Assembly: GCA_905178155.1 (NCBI GenBank)
Contig: CAJINV010000003.1
Location: 5,857,985 to 5,921,984 of the forward strand
DNA length: 64,000 bases
Direction: 5' to 3'
From: Amoebophrya sp. A120
Taxonomy: Eukaryota; Protista; Dinoflagellata
Every line of letters starts with the position of its first letter. Within the stretch, counting starts at the first letter, position 1. Position numbers and translations under genes: made by a program. The notes under the pieces are model-generated. The model ran no database searches. It saw nothing but the letters and a program-made list of their open reading frames with translations, and was not told the DNA's origin. This document shows, one piece after another, positions 1-14,000 of this stretch.

Positions 1-854
1 GCATGTCTGCGATCTTGGCCACCGGGGGGGATCATTGGATTACATTCATAGCTGCACTCAAGTTCTTGCGACGTTCGCCACTGTCTAATAAGTACCTTGT
101 CGCTACGTCTTTTCTACGAAGACAACATCCTCTGCGAAAATTTGGTAGACAGTCGCGCTGTTCACTTCCGGGGGCGAATACAAAGGGGATGCCAGCGCCA
201 CTCCTTTTGGCACAGGCTATCATTATCTCGATAGACATAGAGCATCATACGTGAAATACATGAAACGTTGGTTGACTTTTGCCAAGAGTAAGAGAAAGTA
301 GATATCGGTTACAAAAAATTCATGGTGTCGATGGCAGGAGTCGGTACTACCCAGCACTGCTTTGATCGGCAATTCATCTGAAATCTATCTTTCTTGTGTC
401 AGAGATTCGGTTCTAGTTGGTGCGCACAGACACACAGACAGTCGTACATAACGAAGGACTGGAGCAGTGAATGATCTCGTCAGACGAAATGTCACTTAGA
501 TCTTCTAGATCACAATCGCAAAGCCGAATCACATTAGCGATGACCTCGCTCAGTGATAGAGGTGGCTCGGGTCGGTTGGAGTGACCGCATGTTTTCTTTT
601 TTCTCTAATGGTTCAGGTCCCATGCACGTGCTCGACAACGAACCCCCGTATGACTACCTCAGCTCCTAATACTCATGCAAAAGCTTTAGCTTATGTTGAC
701 CCCCTCCCCCTCGGTCTCAGCGCAGTGTTTTTATTGAAACCGAAAAGAAAATCGAAACCCATACCCAAATAACTCCAGCAGAACGTGATACTTGAGAGGG
801 TTTGTTGAAGTTCTCCATTACGGGTCGCGTGCAGCATCCTCCACAAAAATCAGC

Positions 855-3595
855 ATGCGTGTGAGCAACATCGCGAGGTGCAGCTCCGGGCGGAAGCGCG
901 CGATCAGGATACAACCGGAGAATGCGACAGCCATATTTGCGTCCTCGACGACCACCGCGTTGAAAAGCAAAAGAAGTCCCAGCACTTGTTACCCGACCCT
1001 TTGTTCCAATCTTCGTGGCCTTCCGACTTCTACCCTTTTATCGAGATCCCCTTTGTTCCGAGACCCACCACTGCGACCGCGTAGTTTCGAATGCACCACT
1101 GGCCGTGGCTTCGCCACGAAATTCTCGCTCGAATCTGTACTAAGCGATGGAAGCGACTCTGCCAGGCGTTCGCCAGGTGAGCTGTATAGGCAACTATGCG
1201 ACCAGAAAATCATCGAGGCCGACCCCATGCAGACGCACGCGCTGCAGGCACTCGACCGCATATTCCACCAGACCACCGCAAGATCCTCAGCCTTGTCTTC
1301 TTCGAGTGCGGGAAGAACTCTAGTCGGGGGGCAGGAGTCGGGGAAGTTGTCATCTGCAGCCGGCGCGGAAAGAGACATGAGCACAGGCCCGGCGGGCGAA
1401 TTCGTCCGTGGACTCTATCTACACGGGCCGGCGGGCAGCGGCAAGTCCATGTGCATGGACTTACTTTTTCACAGCCTTTCAGCGCAGCCCCACGTGAAAG
1501 CCAGGAGGCAGCACTTGCACGAGTTCCTCTACACCTTGCACCGGCGGCTGTTCCAGCTGAAGAGCAAGCCAAACTACCAGGGTGCCAGCCGCAAAGAAAG
1601 CGTGGTCCTGGCGCACAGCGGTGTGGGGCACATTGGCAAAGAGGCCGCAGCCATGTCCAGCGCTCGCGAGCAGCAGCTCTCTGCAAACTCTGCAATGAAG
1701 CGGTTCGCGGAGGAGCTGAAGGAAGAGTGTGATGTCTTGTGCTTTGACGAGTTCACAATAACCACAATCCAAGACTGCACCATCCTAGCACCTCTACTGG
1801 CAAAAATGTTCGCCCAGAACATCGTTGTGGTACTGAAGTACTTGTTTGCTTTTTGATATTCCGATAGTTCGTTTATCAATCTGGGCTTGCCAGACTTGAT
1901 ATCGATACGATTTTGATTCGCATCATCGATCTATCTTCAACATATTAAAACGAGGACACATACATAAGCCTTTAACTCACAACTGTGATTTCTCCGCCTT
2001 TTTTATCACAGGTTGCCACTTCGAATCGCGCGCCGGAGAATCTTTACGAGGACGGGCTGAACAGATATTTGTACATCCCGCCGTTGCTGGAGGCGTTGCA
2101 GAGTCACATGGACGTGATGACGGTCGAAAGCCAGGACTACCGCCTGCAGAAATACGAACAAGAGAAAGCCGACTCGCGTCGGTATGTGGACGACACGCCG
2201 GATGAGGACGAGGAGGATGAAGCTGCTGGTCGGCTTCTTCGACAAGAAGCATCACAGCCTACGGTGGGAGAAGCGAAAGATGCCCCTGCGCAATTGAGAC
2301 GTCGCCACAAGGTGTTTTTTCACGCCGAGGAGAAGGCAGCCGCGGAGAACTTTCTGAAGAAGAAAAACCTCCACAATGGCAGTTTGCAGAATACTTTCGA
2401 CCTCGAGGTGGGATACGGGCGCGTGCTTCAGTGCGAACAGGTTTCCGCCGACCGAAAGACCGCTCGGTTTTCCTTTGGCGACTTGTTTCAGGGGCCTCCA
2501 TACTTGGGGGCGGATGACTACAACAAGATCTGTGCGCAATTTCACACCATCGTTCTCGAAGAGCTGCCCGTGCTGCAGGTGGAGGATCACAACGAGGCGA
2601 AGCGGCTGTGCAACTTCCTGGACTGCGCCTACGAGCACCACGTGCAGCTGCTCTGCGTGGACATGGAATGCCCCGAGGTGCTGGAGTTGTTTCAGAACCT
2701 CGTTCCGCTGGAGAATATCAACATGGAGGAGGTGTTGAGAGAGCAGCAGCAGAGCCAGATGGGGTCTGCGGTGGCCGAAGGCGCCGGAAATAAGACCACC
2801 GCAAGGCATCTACTTCCTCAGGTGCAAGGTTCGGGCGACCTGGACCAGTCCGCCGCCTCGTCCGGCGTCTTGTCCGCCGTGCGGGCCGTGTCTGACATCG
2901 TCGGGAAGCAGCAGCAGAGTTGCTACTTCCTATCCGCGGACCACAAAAACTGGTCGGTGGAATCCAAGATTGTGGGAACCGACGCGTCTGATCCGGGTTT
3001 TCGGAAGAGTAAGAGCACCAGCAAAAAGGGTTCCTCTTCCTTCAAAAGAACGCTGTCGCTGAAAGAAACACCAGAAGTAATTGCAGGTAATAAAAGTAAG
3101 AACAGTCCAGCAGGAGGAGCAGACGGCCGAGATCGTCATGCAGACGCTAACCAGCACCTGCGGTTCAATACAGAGTTGCGGAAGCGCGCTACCGGGCAGA
3201 CAATGCCAGCAGTTTCAACGACCAGCGGTGCTCCTGGGGTGCAAGATCTAGATGCTGCGACACAAGCACCCGACTGGACGGCGAAAAACCAACCCGCTGA
3301 AGATGTTACACAACCACCGCACCACCCAGATGTCCAGATTTGGAAGCAAGATGCAGCGGGCATGCCACAGGTGACGAAATTGTGGGATGAAAAGCGGCGC
3401 GTGTCGCAGTCCGAATGGGAGGCAGCTGATCCTACTGCGGAACAGCACACGGTCAAGGGCGTCTTTGTGGCCGCTATCGCCTCGCTGCATGAAACTGGCT
3501 TCGCGGTCAAACGAGCTATTTCGCGCTTGCAGGAAATGCAGACGCGGTCCTATTATCAGGAGTGGCAGCGCAGACAGGGGCTCAATCAACAGTGA
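855..3595 (+). CDS. AFG1: AFG1/LACE1 (ZapE-like) mitochondrial AAA+ ATPase, 2 exons (855-1829, 2012-3595)
   Basis: Walker A GLYLHGPAGSGKS and Walker B LCFDEF. GT-AG intron 1830-2011 joins NIVV|VATSNRAPENLY, the family motif. Also NEAKRL..FLD.AYE and C-terminal FAVKRAISRLQEM. The start ATG at 855 is assumed. Confidence 0.9.
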
Positions 3596-4298
3596 CCGTG
3601 TAGTCGTGTCGTCCTAGTGTGGCTTCAAGAAAATCAGATACAGATGATGAACCTCCGAGGAGGCATTCCATTGAAAGAAGCGACTCAGAAGAAATCGAGA
3701 CCTACTGCGTAGCCAGGAAATGGCAGCGTGGCGTGCGCACCTGCGGTGGTGTGGTGTCCGCCTCGTCAGGCGGCCGTGCCAGCAAGAGAGTCTACATCCG
3801 CAGCGTTCTCCAACGAGTATGAGATTTCGCTGAGCACATCATTCTATCACATTCGAAGCAGAAGCAGACGCTTTTGTCCAAGTGTGTAGTGGCAAACGGT
3901 GTCTCTTCTCGGGCGAAGAACTCACATATCCAATTCAACTTGTCCTTCGATGCAAGAAAAAAGAAAAACCTGACAGCACATGCACGCGATGATGGGTGTT
4001 CCCGCCGGGCTCTGATTCAGATTTGGACGTTTTCAGCCTGGGATAGGCTAGAGTCTCAAAATGAGAGTGAAGTGCCGAGGTGCTTGTTTCGGAAAAATGG
4101 AAAAAATGCAGTTGCAGAGTTGCGCTTTGAAAGTGGAGTTTTCGAGAGACACAGAAAAACGGACTTTTCCAAAAAATCATGACGCTGTTTCCAGTTGATT
4201 CTGTTAGTGGTGCGACCGAATTAAACTAGCTCTAGCTGCAGAAGATAGGGCACCATTTACAAAGTCGCATCTCAAGGAGGAGCCAGCAAAGCGATAAG

Positions 4299-5053
4299 AT
4301 GGGCTGCTTGGAGTCCAAGGATGCCTACGCATATCCTGCAGAGGCTGAAGATGTGGAGCTGAAGGTTTCCAAGTTGATTTATTTTGAGAAAAGGTTTTAA
4401 GGCTTTATTTTGCATCCTGGTAGTTTCCGGCTTGGAAACGAAAACGTTCAAGATGCCATGTATAAGGATCGTTCGGGATCATGTGCTGCCTAGGGCGGAA
4501 AGTTTTTGCTGTTGCTGGGAACAACAAAGCGATATTCAAGACAAACCACATCAAACAGGTTGATGCCGCGCAAACATTCGCAGAGAAATGCAAGGAAGTG
4601 CGCCGAGAACAAGGAGGTGGGGACGAAGACACAACCGACCGCGCTTCAAGCACCACGGGCACGACTTCGGGCGTCGAAGAAGAGCAGGTTGCGGCCCGCA
4701 AGACGAACGCTCTGCAAGCAAATGCGAAAAGTCAACCAGGCGAGACTGAGCCCGGGTTGACGGGCTGCACTGCTTTTTCGTCGGTGCACGGAGACAAGGG
4801 CGGTTCCGAGAAGCACGTAAGAAACAAATCGGAGAAGAGTGAAGGGAAATCGGGCAAAAGCAGTGGAAAACGCCAGGGGAAAACCAAGGGGAAAGGGGAA
4901 ACGAGCAAGGGAAACAAGGGAAGCAAGCAGCAGGACGACTGGTTCAGCGCAGGCAGCAAACAGTACAACAAGAACAGCGGCAAAGGGAAGAGCAAGCCAA
5001 AGCGCGGTGGTTACTACGAACAAATGAATGCTGGCGCCCAGGGGGCGTGGTGA
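4299..5053 (+). CDS. Hypothetical small K/G/S-rich protein, possibly N-acylated; exon structure unresolved
   Basis: MGCLESK... at 4299 is followed by GTTTCC at 4365. A 190-aa ORF lies at 4481-5053. I could not find an in-frame GT-AG join between them. Confidence 0.35.
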
Positions 5054-6022
5054 GAAAAAGAAAGAGGAATAACGACCCGAACGGTGGCAATATTTCTCGT
5101 TTTCTCCCGCGACCCTGCAGGGCTGCATCTGCAAATCGGATCAGAAAATCGAAACTGTATGATGCTGTCCAAGAACGATCACAGACACAGAGATTTTTCA
5201 CACGACCGAAAGTTTCAATGTACACAGACCTAGAGGACCGAAACCGATATCGGTACGGCCACGATATAGAAGAGAGCAACAGGATGTTGTTAGAGCTTGT
5301 ATAATGTTGTATGGGTCAAATCATGAACGTGGAGACTTGCCTGCAGCCGCGTTTTGCGATCTCGGCAGGCGCACTTGTTTGGATGAAAAGCACATGGATG
5401 CCATATACGAGATTCATTTACCAGAATGTGCAAAATGTAAGTTTGTATCGGTTGCGTTATCCGAATCCGAGTCCAAGTGGGCAAGAACCCTGGAGTAATG
5501 TTGTTCCCCACTCATAGACTGAAAATCCCTCAGGATCAAGACACAAAATCAATGAGATCGTTCGCGAAAATGTTGCTCTTGATCTTTTTGAAAAATGAAA
5601 ATTTCTTGTTGAGCCACTAGCAATACACGCGGAATTATGGGCCCTCCTGAATTCCAAAAAACGTAGTCTTTTTCTTCTGTATTGCAAAATTCCACAGGCC
5701 TGAGTTGTAGTGGCGACATTTTGGTGTAGTTTTTTTTTGTTAGCATTATCCGTCAGTAAGTGAGCTTCCGAAAGTAGTAGGAAATTTTTATGTTGAAATT
5801 AGGAGCACGACTTGCTTCTTGAAATATTTTCGCGCACAGATTTTTTTGTCGCAGCCATAACTAACAATCACGACATCAAAAGACGAGTTGTAGGGATTCT
5901 TGCAAAAAACACTCACATCACGTTCGGGGGCTCTTCTTGTCAACATCTTTGAGCAGCAGCACCAGAAAATCGTGGCATCAGGCGAAATTCGGCGACGTCA
6001 CCGAGTAACAGCTGCTGGGGCG

Positions 6023-9000
6023 ATGCCATCGGAATCGAACCCTCGTTCTTCACTCGTTGTTTTGAAAGCAGGGGATCATCTGAAAGATGGGGGCCACAAC
6101 TGTGCCTTGCCGTACCCCGAGGATCCTCAAGCAACAAAGCAGGGGCCATGGATCGCGGTTCAACAGCCGAGCAGCAGCTTCGTGTCAGAAACGCCTTTGA
6201 CAACCACTGCAGCACTGGACGGGCCGCGAGCAGCAGGCCTGCAACTTGAAGCTGCAGAAGAGCGGCAACAGCAGGAAACTACAGGGAGGGGCGGAGACTT
6301 TAAGAATGGTTTTCCACAGCCGGAGACCCTCGCCAGCACACCAGCTGCAGCGCGGACTGTTTCTTTGACAAGTGGTTCTTCCTCGTCGGCTGAGGCTCGC
6401 CCATCGAACCCTTCGCAGTGCCTCAATCATAACAGAGGCAGCAGCAGCCCCATTCGATCGGCCCCCGCACAGCGGTCGGGCGGGACGGGCAGGGGTACTA
6501 CACTTGACCGCAGTACCAGCACTAGCAGTACTAGCCGTGATTCGCATTCGAACTACTTTGTCACTGCGCTTGTGACCGCCAAGGACGCCGATCATGGCGA
6601 CTATGCCGCCTTCTGCGGCCGGGACTTGGACCAGGAGCCGCTGTACAAGTACAATGGCGCGTTGCCTGGTCTTGTAGCTGAAGATGCGCGCTCCACCACA
6701 ACCGGAGGTAACAGCAGCCTGTCCAGGTCTTACACTGCTTCCTCACCGCCCGATCTTTCTGCATCGAGTGCGGAGGAAGAAGCGGCTTCGCAGACCTCCG
6801 GGATAGTACACGACACCAAACGTGGCACCTGTTCTGAAAATCATTCTACCGCTCCTGACTACACTTCTGCGACTTCGATTTCCTTTGCGACGACCGGAGA
6901 GGTAATGTTCACTGGCAGTACGTCTAGTAGTGCCAGCAGCACCGCCAAACCGCATCTGCAGCAGACCGGTAGCACACGACGAAGTACAACAAGTTCGGTT
7001 AACAGTGACCAGCCTTTGGTCTATGATGGTCTCTCGGAGGTAGAACAACGGGAAGGTAATTGTATTACTGGCAGACCGATGATAGATCCTGCCCTGCTGC
7101 TTGAGCAGCTGCAGCACGCAGGTGGGAAGGAAATGATCGCCTCCAGCAAGGAGGTAGTTCACACTGCATCTTCTACTTCCGTCACGACAAAGCCGCAGTT
7201 GCATAATCGGGAACAAAAGCAACATCAAGCAGGAACCACGCCCCACACCTCAGCCGTGTCGATGCGAGCAGCAGATTCCACTGAATTCAATTCACTGGAG
7301 TCTGCTGCTGCTTCTGCTGCGTCGAGCTCCTCCTCTCGCTCGATGTCTTCCCGTGGTCCGATGAACGACAGCCTTGCGTCGAGCCTCTACAACAGGCGGG
7401 GGCCGACCACCTCCGATCACGACAGCCCCGTGTTTTCACTTCACTACAGCAGCCCCCCGCCGCCGACGTACGGCGACACCATCGCCGTACAGCCCCCACG
7501 AAGGAGCAACAGCCAGACCAAATACCGCTCCAATATCGCCGGTTCGCTTCAAGTCAACCTGAACCTGCCAGATAGCCGTGCTGCCATTCCAGCGCACCAC
7601 CAGAGTAGTGCGCGAGAAGTGGATCCGTGGTCGTCGTCTTCGCCACCAGGCTACGGTCACCACATTGCGGCAACGACGAATGGCAATGCATTAGCACCTT
7701 TTGAACCACCGACCGCAGACTGTGTGTGCCGAGCACTCGTTTCGGCTTGCAGCCATGTGAAGCAGGCCGCGGGCTCTGTGCTGCGGTGGCAGACCATTTT
7801 CGCCCTTTGCTTTGGCCTGTGCTGCGTGTGGTTCAATTGTGTCTCGCAAGTTCTGCTGGACCACCGCTACATCTACGGACGGATCCACATTTTTCCGGAC
7901 GCGGAAGAAATTGCGCGGGCAAAACAAGCCACACAAGACTGGTCGCAGGAGAAGTTCGCGGAACGAGTGGAGCGTCACGCGTTGCAGCACGACGTTTTCT
8001 TCGATCTGCTGCCCGACGCCCGCAGTATGGAGGATCATTCACTCCACTTTCTTTTCGACTCCGACGCCCTCCTGAATAACCTCCTTCGGGTATAATTTCT
8101 ATATATAATCTTCATGGTTCTTACTATTTTAATTTTTTTGGGCTTGATTCTAAAAATTGAAGCCACCAACATGCAGGTCTTCGGGCACTGTAAGTAGAAA
8201 TAAATTTATAAGGTACCTTGTTGAATGCATTTTTTACTCCGCGGTGCCTAGCTTTTCATCCGACGGACGTAAAACTGTAGAAATATTGTCTCATCAAAAA
8301 AATAACTCAGATGACGGCCTTGGTTTTCCTGCTGTTCCATCCGCGCCGGAGTACACTAGTGGTTCGCTTTTTGCTCTGTCAGGGCTTTGTGTTCCTGCTA
8401 CGCGGAGTCAGTATTTTTATCACGCCTCTGCCCCCACCGGACGCCAGTTGTCAGATCGGGCTTCCCGCACCGGACGAGAATTACTTGTGGGAAGGATTCA
8501 AGACGGTGTTTCGGCACCGGGTCACCTGCTGCGATGTCCTCTTCTCGGGCCACACCGTGAACTTCACAATGTTAACGATGCTGTGGTGGGACCACTTTGA
8601 TCGCCACGTCTGCCCCTACCCAAGCGTGCGTTTCCTGGCTAGGAGAGCAGTGCTGTTTTACGCCTGCCTAGGGTATAATTCATTGCGGATATTCATTTTG
8701 CCTTTGAGAGTTTTCCTTTTGGCTATTTGTTTCCTTTTCCGCTAGTTTCCACATACTATACTTTGCTTTTGCATTCTGATTACGTCCTCCACGTATGGCA
8801 ATTTACTCTTCCGGGTCAGGTCAGGTTCCGCTCCTATGGTACATTGCTTCCATGCATACTAACTTCTGAAACTACAACTACTTCCAGGTTCACCGCCATG
8901 CTGATCACGCGGTTTCATTACACCGTTGACCTGTTCCTGGGTGCGATCATTTCTTTTTTTGTGTGGCGGTACTACCACGCTCAGTGCGCCTACTTCCGGC

Positions 9001-9818
9001 AGCTCCTGTCGAGCCGGAGGAGCTTTGCGTGTCTGGGAAATAAAACCTCCCGACAATTATACGCAAACCACCAGCTGAACACCTCAAGCGCGACGACCAG
9101 CGAAGGGGAGGAGCCCGAACAATCTGACCCGGAGAACGTGGCCTCAGCGGCAGTTCTGCAGCAGCAAAACAAGTACGCCAAAATCAGCACCCGGGGGCCC
9201 CCGTCCGTCGGGCACCAGCACGTAAGAACGGTTTTCGAGCGCGGCGTGATCGAGAATCCCCACGGGTCCCTCGCAGCTCAACACAGCAGCTACAGAAGTG
9301 GTGGACACAGCATTGTCAATGGTGTTCTATCCCCTGCTGCGCACCAGCAGGCCGATCGGGGGCAAGACCTCACCGAGAACCTTGCGCACCTGAACCACCA
9401 GTCGAGAGACGATCTTATAGTTCCACAGTCAGCAAGCGATGTCGACTGTGCTGGCGACAGCACGCTGCTGGTGCCGGACGAGCAACGGGAGCAGGACTTG
9501 ATGGTCCTCGATCACGGCGGAGTGCTAGTTCATCCGGGCAGCCGCACGGCTTCCAATTTATCCACCCGGGGGCCCTCGTCCCTTCGGGGCATGGAAGTGG
9601 AATCAGACGCGCTGCATTCCGACGACGTAGTGCACCGAATCTTTAACTACATGTCTAACATTGGTGAGCCGAAGCGAATGCGAAAGTACGATCCTATCAC
9701 CTTTGTGCAGCGAGGCTTGTGTGGCCTTTTCATGTGGTTGGAATTCACACCGACGCTACCGTTCTTCGGGTTGCAGTTATTCTCCGGCGATCGGGGAGGT
9801 CCCTCGGCACCCTTGTGA
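6023..9818 (+). CDS. Sphingomyelin synthase / inositol-phosphorylceramide synthase-like protein (PAP2 superfamily) with long disordered N-terminus; exons 6023-8089, 8311-8672, 8888-9818
   Basis: GT-AG introns 8090-8310 and 8673-8887 give a continuous frame. Motifs T.LP.P...C, CCDVLFSGHT (D3) and HYTVDLFLG (D4), with several hydrophobic helices. Confidence 0.85.
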
Positions 9819-11062
9819 AGTCGAGTATAGTTGTTGTCCTGCGGCGAGCGACATATACGAGAAGCGGGATAATTGCTACTCCCTGTAGATGTAACAGATT
9901 AAACATACTTCCACAACAGAGAGCGACAGCCAAGAAGATACAACTCTAAACAAACGACACTGCGACAAAATTCAATTCGAACAAAAGTGGCTACATGCAT
10001 ATACAGTGCTGCAAATTTTTTTCACGTCCTGTGCCATGAGGAAGCGTATAGTGAAGAAGCAAGAGCCTATCACTCTCGAGCTACGGAGCGATACGTCACC
10101 CTTCGGGCTCCCAAAGCAAATGGTGCGAAACGCACACCCATTTTCCGACGTTCTTGGTGGGTCTCTCTGCCTGCAGTAGACTTTGTTCTTAGTAGAATGG
10201 CACCCAGCCAAGTAACGCACAGCATTCATTTTGGTGAAGGGCGTACGCTTCACAGGCAGGAGTACAGCTGGACCCTGAGATACAAGTGTTCGAACATCTC
10301 TGGAGGTGAAGGCGCCTGAGGGATATGGAGATCGCGATCATACTGTCACAGCAAGCAGAGTAGTATACGGGTTCTGATATATGCGATCGAGCGCAGATGA
10401 TGTACAAGAAGTGCACCTCTGGCTCTGTCACGACTTTTTTTTTTCACGGATGATCGAGTACATCAATGCCAGACACTGTCATGATCGCTCCTGCTATGTT
10501 TAGTGTAAGTACTTGCCTTTGCGGGACGGGAGCTCGTTCGCTCTTCTCGTTCGATCATGGGATGCAGTCAATTATGTGGTTGCGTGCCCTGTGCGATAGG
10601 CGGAGTTCTGCCCTTGTCTAGCGAGCAATATGAGAAGAAGCCACCGCGGCCCGCTACGACACGACCAATTGAGTTAATAATACACAACAACGCAATCAAA
10701 GGATAAGGATCTGCATTTGTAATTGTATGGAGCTGCCATCCAGCCGACACCCTTGTAGCGCACTAGTCAAGCTGTAGGTGCGCGTCGTGCCACCATATGA
10801 AGAAGTTCAGTCTCAATTAGAAGCGGAGCATCCACAAGATCAAGATCGCATTTTTTACGACACCAATCTTACTCTGCCAACCTGCCGCTAATTATAAACA
10901 CAATCGCATATTACAGCTAGATCTTCTAAGTAGTTCGTAGCGCTTGATTGAAATATCACTCCGAGCTTCGTCTGTTTAGTTTTTCCGCTTATCTACTGTG
11001 TGTCAGAAACACCAGTTGCGCCTGCACCACCCCACGACACTCCAGAAGAAAAAGAATCTAGA

Positions 11063-14000
11063 ATGAGCGTCCCTTACGAAGCGTTGACGATTGAGCGACT
11101 ATGCTCCTCGCCGTCCCTGACCGGAACCTCTCCCTCCGGGCTGAAGATTTCGCCGGACGGTCAGGCCATTACGTACTTGAAAGGCCGAGAGGACAACAAG
11201 AATTTCAAGGACCTGTGGATGCAAAGGCTCGGCGTCGAGAAAAGCGACCCTTTTCTACTGGTGTCTGGCGACCCGCTGGACGCACCGGAGGAAAGTTTAT
11301 CCAACGAGGAGAAAGCGCGAAGGGAAAGGCTGCGCGTCGGGGATGCGCGGGGTATTCTCCAGTACTTTTGGAGCGAAGACGGCAGGTATCTATGATATCG
11401 AACAAGGAGGCTCCTCAATGGGGCTACAACAGCACCCTGTGCTTGAGTCGAGATTCGATAGCAATGAGCACTCTGGCTTTTTCACTACGAATGCTGCATA
11501 CCGGTTTCATCCTCCGACTAAACTGAAATTCGTCGGGTGATGAAGGCCTCCAAGGCTGTAGTTCCCGCTACAAATTTTCAAACGAAAAACCTTTGAAGTT
11601 CTATGTACACGTCCAACCACCACGTTTTTTATCTTCGCTCAGGTCTGTTCTGTGTCCTGCCTCGGACGGGACGCGGATGTACCTGTACGACGTTGCGGCC
11701 AGAAAAGGCCGCATGGTATCCGTCGATGGGACAACGACCAAAAATTCCGACGAGGAGAGCGCAGCAAGTGCGGTGACCGACGCCAAACTTTCGCCGAAGG
11801 GCACGTTTTTGAGCTATGTGCGCGGCCAAAACCTGTTTGTCCGGCACATAGAGACCGAGGTGGAGACGCAGCTGACCTTCGATTCCTCGGAGTGGATCAA
11901 GAACGGCATGGCGGAATTCGTCGCACAAGAGGAGATGCACCGGATGACGGGCTACTGGTGGGCACCCGACGAGAAGTACCTGGCCTTTACGCGCGTCGAC
12001 GAGTCCCCCGTGGAGCTGGTTCCACGAAACGAAATCTACGCTGACGGCGTGAAAATGTTTTCGCAGCGCTACCCTTACGCCGGCCGACCCAACGCACTGG
12101 TGGAGTTGTGCGTGGTGCGGATAGTATGTAGTGAGGTCACCGAACGGTTCTAACCAGGGAGTTTTTTTGACAGCCAGACAGCAAAACGGCCGTCAGTTTT
12201 CGAGCGGCCGGAAGCGTTTTTTGACATAAAAAATTTCCAATTATCAAGCGGGCGGGGCTTTGAAGTCAAACAAGCCCGTTCGAAAACTATCGATTCGCAC
12301 TTGATAAAACGACGCAGGGGAGCCGGCAAAAGGGGCGCCCTTCTGAGGCGCCCACCGCCTTGGTTTCTGGCGGTTTGGGCCGCCAAAAAAGGGGCGCGCA
12401 AAAAACTCGCCCAAAATCAGAATAGCGAAACAGCATGGCACGGCCGCGATTTCGGAGCATTTTGGGCGGCCGCGAAAGCGGCCGCCTTTTCGCCGGTTTC
12501 AGAGCCTGGGAAGCTTTGCAAAAAGCGCCGGAGGGAAAGATAAAGACGCAAAAAAGAAAAAGCGCGCCAGACGCGCAGAGCCAATCCGCATGCTACGGGC
12601 CCGATTTTTCCTCGCTTTTTGGACGCCCCCCGTGGCGCCCGGATCGGCCGCATAGCATGGGGGCTGGCTTTCGGAAAGGAATTTCGGAAATTTGCCAAAA
12701 TTTGCGACGCTTACCAAGCGGCCGCCATACCGTGCGGCCTAACGTTACTCGCGGCGGTATGGCGAGCCCAGAAAAAGCAAAGCCGCGGCCAAGGCGACGG
12801 CCGGCAAGAAAACGCCCACGACCTCACTACCCCCGCCCCGGCGGCTATATTTGGTACCGGAGGAAACTGATTCGACCGAGCCAGGACCTCCAGCTCGCGT
12901 GTGGGTTCCGCTGCGTCCGCTTGGGGCCACATCTTCAAAGGGAGCAGTCGCGTCAAAAGCCGCTTGGTCGGGCGAGGCGCCGGCGAAAGCCGGTCCGCAA
13001 GACGAACTCTCAGGAGATAAGGAGACCCTGTTGCGACGAAATGTCGATCCCGTCTTGGATTACTATCTCCCGAGAGTCAAGTGGTTGCCCGCGGGCGGAA
13101 ATCACAAGGGAGAACAATCGCGTCTGCTGTCCTTTCAGTATCAATCCCGCGACCAGAAGCGCCTGCAGCTGCGCGTCGCGAGGATCGACGAGGAGCATTT
13201 TAGTGGCTCGTCCTCCGGGACGGGGACGTTGACGAACGCCAGCAATCCCAGTGTTGACCGGGATGAACAACGACTACAAAAAACAACAAGGAACTATCTT
13301 CCGGATGCTGATGTCCGCCCGGTCTTGCACGAGGAGAACCTCGCCGCCTACGTGAATTTGTTTGAGGACGAGGAGCTCCACTTCTTCCAGGACGGCAGCT
13401 CCCGATTTCTGTGGTGCTCAGAGGCCGGGACGGGATTCAAAACGATATACGTCGGTAAACTGGAATTTGCCAAGCTGTTTGAAGCGGACGCCGGAGAGAA
13501 GGACTTCCCGCTGCGGCCCGTCCTGAATACTAAAGCCGGCTGTACAGGAGTTGTAGAGACAAACACCTTGTCGTGCGCTGCGTCGTTGACGCCGCTGAAC
13601 CACGTCGTGCAGCCAGCGAGCGACGTCCAGACGAAGCAGGTGCAAGTCGGGATTGACGCGCTGGAGCATGTCGACGAGCGGCAGGGCTACGTGTACTACA
13701 CTGCACGCACCAACCACCCCGCAACCGAGCGCCACCTGTTCCGGCTCCACCTCCAAACCCACAAGGTGGAGCAGCTGACTAGCGAGCCCGGCTGGCACAG
13801 CCCCGTGTTCGGCGGCGCACCAGCGACGGGTCAGGAGGTGCGAGAGGCGACGAGCGTTTTTTTCTTCGACCACTTTTCCAGTCTGGCGCAGCCGCCGCAG
13901 TGCTCGTTGTGGGAGGTGGCGCCGAGTAACAACAAGCGGGACAAGGCGCTCTCCCCCCGGGAGTCGTGCTGCAGCCGCCGGCAGTGGATCGCGGAAAACA

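Noticed and set aside
5218-5620. Short protein-like frames and a 9-bp repeat TAATGTTGT
   Set aside because: No consistent gene model or TIR/TSD structure could be built.
8177-8189. Possible microexon CAG|GTCTTCGGGCACT|GTAAGT in SMS intron 1
   Set aside because: 13 nt would shift the frame, and the direct join 8089-8311 is already in frame.
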